NCBI GenBank assembly: GCA_016185465.1
Contig: JACPNO010000059.1
Location: 635-64,634 of the forward strand
Direction: 5' to 3'
Length of the DNA stretch: 64,000 nucleotides
DNA from: Candidatus Solibacter usitatus
Lineage (GTDB): Bacteria; Acidobacteriota; Terriglobia; Bryobacterales; Bryobacteraceae
Shown: in pieces, positions 62,092 through 64,000 of the stretch
Numbering within the stretch: the stretch's first letter is position 1
Layout of the letters: each line of letters starts with the position of its first letter
Notes under the pieces: generated by a model
The model's input: the letters and a program-made list of their open reading frames with translations, nothing else
Told to the model about the DNA's origin: nothing
Database searches by the model: none
Translations under genes and position numbers: made by a program

Positions 62092-63078
62092 CGTGTACCA
62101 GTCGAGTGCCCGCGTAACGTCCGGCACCGTGATCATCGGAACAATTTTCCTGGTGGCGTCCGCCATGGCGGCCATCTTCGCGGTGAAGTTTGACGTGTCG
62201 ATCGTCTGCGGCTGCTTCGCGCCCGCTGCGTGCAGGCGGCGCATGGCTTCTCGATCGCCTTCCACCATCGCGACCGCGAGCGCGGAGCGCCCGTTGCCGT
62301 CGCCGGCTTCCAAATCCGCGCCCAGCTCGATCAGCAAATCCAGAATGTCGTAGCGTTTCCGTTTCATCGCCAGATGCAGCGGCGTGTGCCCCTGTTCGAA
62401 GCGCGACATGCGGCGGTCGAGCGCTTCCGGATTCTCCTCCACCAGTTTTCGAATCGCATCCAGGTCTCCGGCATTGATTGCCGAGAAGATATGGTGGCGC
62501 GCGCCGCGTTCGAGCAGAAGCGCCACCACCTCCGGCTTTTCCGCCGCCCATCCGATGGCGTCGAGTTCGTGCACGTCGCCAATGCCATGTACGTCACCGC
62601 CCGCGTCCAGCAGCGCTCGTACCACCTCAACGTGTCCATGAGCCGCAGCCCAGTGCAGCGGATACGTATTGTCGCCGCCTTCACGCGCATTCGGATCGGC
62701 GCCGTGCGCGAGCAGCAAACGTACTGCGTCCAAATGCCCGTTCTGCGCCGCGGAATGCAATCCGGTCCAACCGTGGTAGCGTTCATGCGGGCGGCTGGCG
62801 CGAACCAGGCCAGGGTCCTGCGCGAGCAATCCGCGCAATGTTTCTATGTCTCCCTTGCCACAAGCTTCAAAAAAAGTAGCGGCGCTATCAGTTTGCCGCC
62901 GCTCGATTTCAGTCTTGAGCGCGCGCCAGCTTGAGAAGCCGTAATCACGGGCGACAGCCAGCTGAGCCATGGCAAGTTTTGCGTGCGGGTCGGTTTGACG
63001 AAGCTCCTGCAATCGATCCTTCGCCAGTTTCTTCAAATATTCGAGTGAAGCGCGCTCGGGGAGTTTTGCGTTGGACAT
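61654..63078 (-). CDS. ankyrin-repeat protein fused to a VOC/glyoxalase-type domain; the 3' end is uncertain
   Basis: Several ANK repeats (GWTGLHSAAQNGHLDAVRLLLAHGADPN, YPLHWAAAHGHVEVVRALLDAGGDV, TPLHLAMKRKRYDILDLLIELGADL). The VOC domain reads IVPMITVPDVTRALDWYTSIGF...EDINDTFYGTRQEF. The tail after this looks non-protein-like. Confidence 0.7.
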   Translation of the reverse strand: MSNAKLPERASLEYLKKLAKDRLQELRQTDPHAKLAMAQLAVARDYGFSSWRALKTEIERRQTDSAATFFEACGKGDIETLRGLLAQDPGLVRASRPHERYHGWTGLHSAAQNGHLDAVRLLLAHGADPNAREGGDNTYPLHWAAAHGHVEVVRALLDAGGDVHGIGDVHELDAIGWAAEKPEVVALLLERGARHHIFSAINAGDLDAIRKLVEENPEALDRRMSRFEQGHTPLHLAMKRKRYDILDLLIELGADLEAGDGNGRSALAVAMVEGDREAMRRLHAAGAKQPQTIDTSNFTAKMAAMADATRKIVPMITVPDVTRALDWYTSIGFREMARYGEGGVVNFGMVSFGKAEVMLNMHGKPGRHDVTLWFYTDQVDNLYQLLKSRQLEAAQAALAGEVGGHEGIAFAEDINDTFYGTRQEFLLHEVRAFCRIPKLQVVICQSTGMRMEPFIEARHRVAEIAEQFLVLALP

Positions 63079-63225
63079 AGACGCCTTCCTTCCATTTTGT
63101 TTGCCCGGCGTCCGCGTTCCTCGGGCTGGAAGTCAGGGTCTCTGACTAACAAAATCTAAAGAGGTGGGTTCGACCCTTTACGCGGACCGTAGGCCGCCTT
63201 TCGGCCTTGTCCAAAATTATACTTT

Positions 63226-63293
63226 GAGTGGGGCAGGTCCCCGACCTGCCTGTCGGCGCTTCTGCAAAGGCAGGTCGGGGACCTGCCCCACTC
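63226..63293. repeat. nested palindromic repeat element, copy 3
   Basis: GAGTGGGGCAGGTCCCCGACCTGCC, an 18-nt spacer, then GGCAGGTCGGGGACCTGCCCCACTC: a perfect 25-bp inverted repeat. Its outer arm contains the stop codon (63292-63294) of the ATP-grasp gene. Confidence 0.9.
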
Positions 63294-64000
63294 ACACCCG
63301 CACCGGCAGCGTCGTGGCAATCTCAAAACGCAGCCGCGCATGCGCTTCCCGCAATACCCGCTCCACTTCCCCAGCCCCGTCTCCCCTGGCGAAAATAAAT
63401 CCCAGATAAGTCGCGCCTTCCGGCAGCGGCAGAATTTCCTGGCCTTCCTTGGCAGTGATGATCACATCCTCGATTCCCGCAACTGCCCGCGCCTCGTCCA
63501 CCCCGGCGACACCCTGATAAATTCCCCCCTTGGGAATCGGGATCATCATCACGCCGGAGGCGCCATCGGCCAGTTTCACGTTCGCCACGTTCTCGCCCAG
63601 CGCGTGCCGCAGAAGCAATTCTTCGAGCGGCATGCCGCCATCGAAACGCAGAGAGAGCGCGCACAATCCGCCGATCGGCCGCGCAGCTACTTCCAGTATC
63701 CAGGCGGCCTGCCCGTCATAGCGCAGCTCCGCGTGAACCGGCCCCCGCGTCAGTCCCAGCGCCGTGACTGCCCGATGAACGGCCGCAATCAGGGCGTTCT
63801 CAACTTCCCTGCCTGCTCGCGACGGCGTGACGTAAATCGTCTCCTCGAAGTACGGTCCTTCCAGCGGATCGGGCTTGTCGAAAATCGCCAGCACTTGCAG
63901 CCGCCCATCCGTGAGCAGCCCTTCCAACGCAAATTCGCGCCCCTCGATGTAGCTCTCCACTTGCACATAGCGATGCTGCTCCTCGCGCAGGATCGCTACT
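63292..64000 (-). CDS. ATP-grasp domain protein; the 5' end lies beyond the window
   Basis: ORF 63292..63966 (YIEGREFALEGLL.DGRLQVLAIFDKPDPLEGPYFEETIYVTPS...GPVHAELRY...WILEVAARPIGG) is ATP-grasp C-terminal-like. The frame stays open upstream of the GTG to position 64000 (..VAILREEQHRY). Confidence 0.75.
   Translation of the reverse strand, partial: VAILREEQHRYVQVESYIEGREFALEGLLTDGRLQVLAIFDKPDPLEGPYFEETIYVTPSRAGREVENALIAAVHRAVTALGLTRGPVHAELRYDGQAAWILEVAARPIGGLCALSLRFDGGMPLEELLLRHALGENVANVKLADGASGVMMIPIPKGGIYQGVAGVDEARAVAGIEDVIITAKEGQEILPLPEGATYLGFIFARGDGAGEVERVLREAHARLRFEIATTLPVRV

Noticed and set aside
63131-63176. tRNA-like fragment (AGTCAGGGTCTCTGACT hairpin plus a GGGTTCGACCC T-loop-like motif) in the ankyrin gene leader
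   Set aside because: No acceptor or D arm can be built. The hairpin loop lacks U33 and purine-37 features, and the T-like stem has only 3 bp. It is probably a chance similarity or simple leader hairpins.
1-64000. Mobile elements, prophage, CRISPR-cas, rRNA and known phage-defence operons
   Set aside because: I scanned all translated ORFs of 60 aa or more for transposase, integrase, recombinase, Cas, capsid, terminase and typical defence-system signatures and recognised none. The only toxin-antitoxin-type module is VapBC.

Overview
High-GC chromosomal segment whose gene content suggests a soil Acidobacteriota-like bacterium; that assignment is inference from gene content only. I call about 70 protein genes and one tRNA-Gln(CTG). 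I recognised no rRNA, CRISPR array, transposase or integrase. Housekeeping blocks: phoH-ybeY-CNNM-era (20.5-24.3 kb), mutS2, bcp, gatB, sdhCAB (30.3-33.7 kb), a MocR/PdxR-like regulator with pdxST (38.5-41.5 kb) and gcvT-gcvH-gcvPA-gcvPB (54.1-58.4 kb). Accessory blocks: a secreted-protein operon with He_PIG repeats (1.7-5.4 kb); a secreted caspase/DUF4384 module (5.5-8.9 kb); ABC-2 transporter + membrane MutS-like ATPase + VapBC (9.4-13.4 kb); an orphan ketosynthase + FkbM + SCO1 block; MarR/DoxX/pirin; a GH51 arabinofuranosidase; and an ankyrin-VOC protein. Best candidates for something undescribed: (1) a five-gene minus-strand cluster next to tRNA-Gln (42.5-47.1 kb), running methyltransferase, radical-SAM-like enzyme with a non-canonical Cys motif, LpxL-type acyltransferase, dedicated ACP, acyl-adenylating enzyme. 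It reads like an acyl/lipid tailoring-and-transfer pathway that I cannot match to a characterised system. (2) A family of 60-68 bp nested palindromic elements (core GGCAGGTCCCCGACCTGCC) present three times; one copy rewrites the 3' end of a CDS and one carries a stop codon. (3) A promoter-plus-terminator-bounded candidate sRNA of about 165 nt in the only clearly AT-rich intergenic region. (4) Single-nucleotide frame disruptions that hit only accessory genes. All domain calls come from reading the translations by eye; no database search was run.
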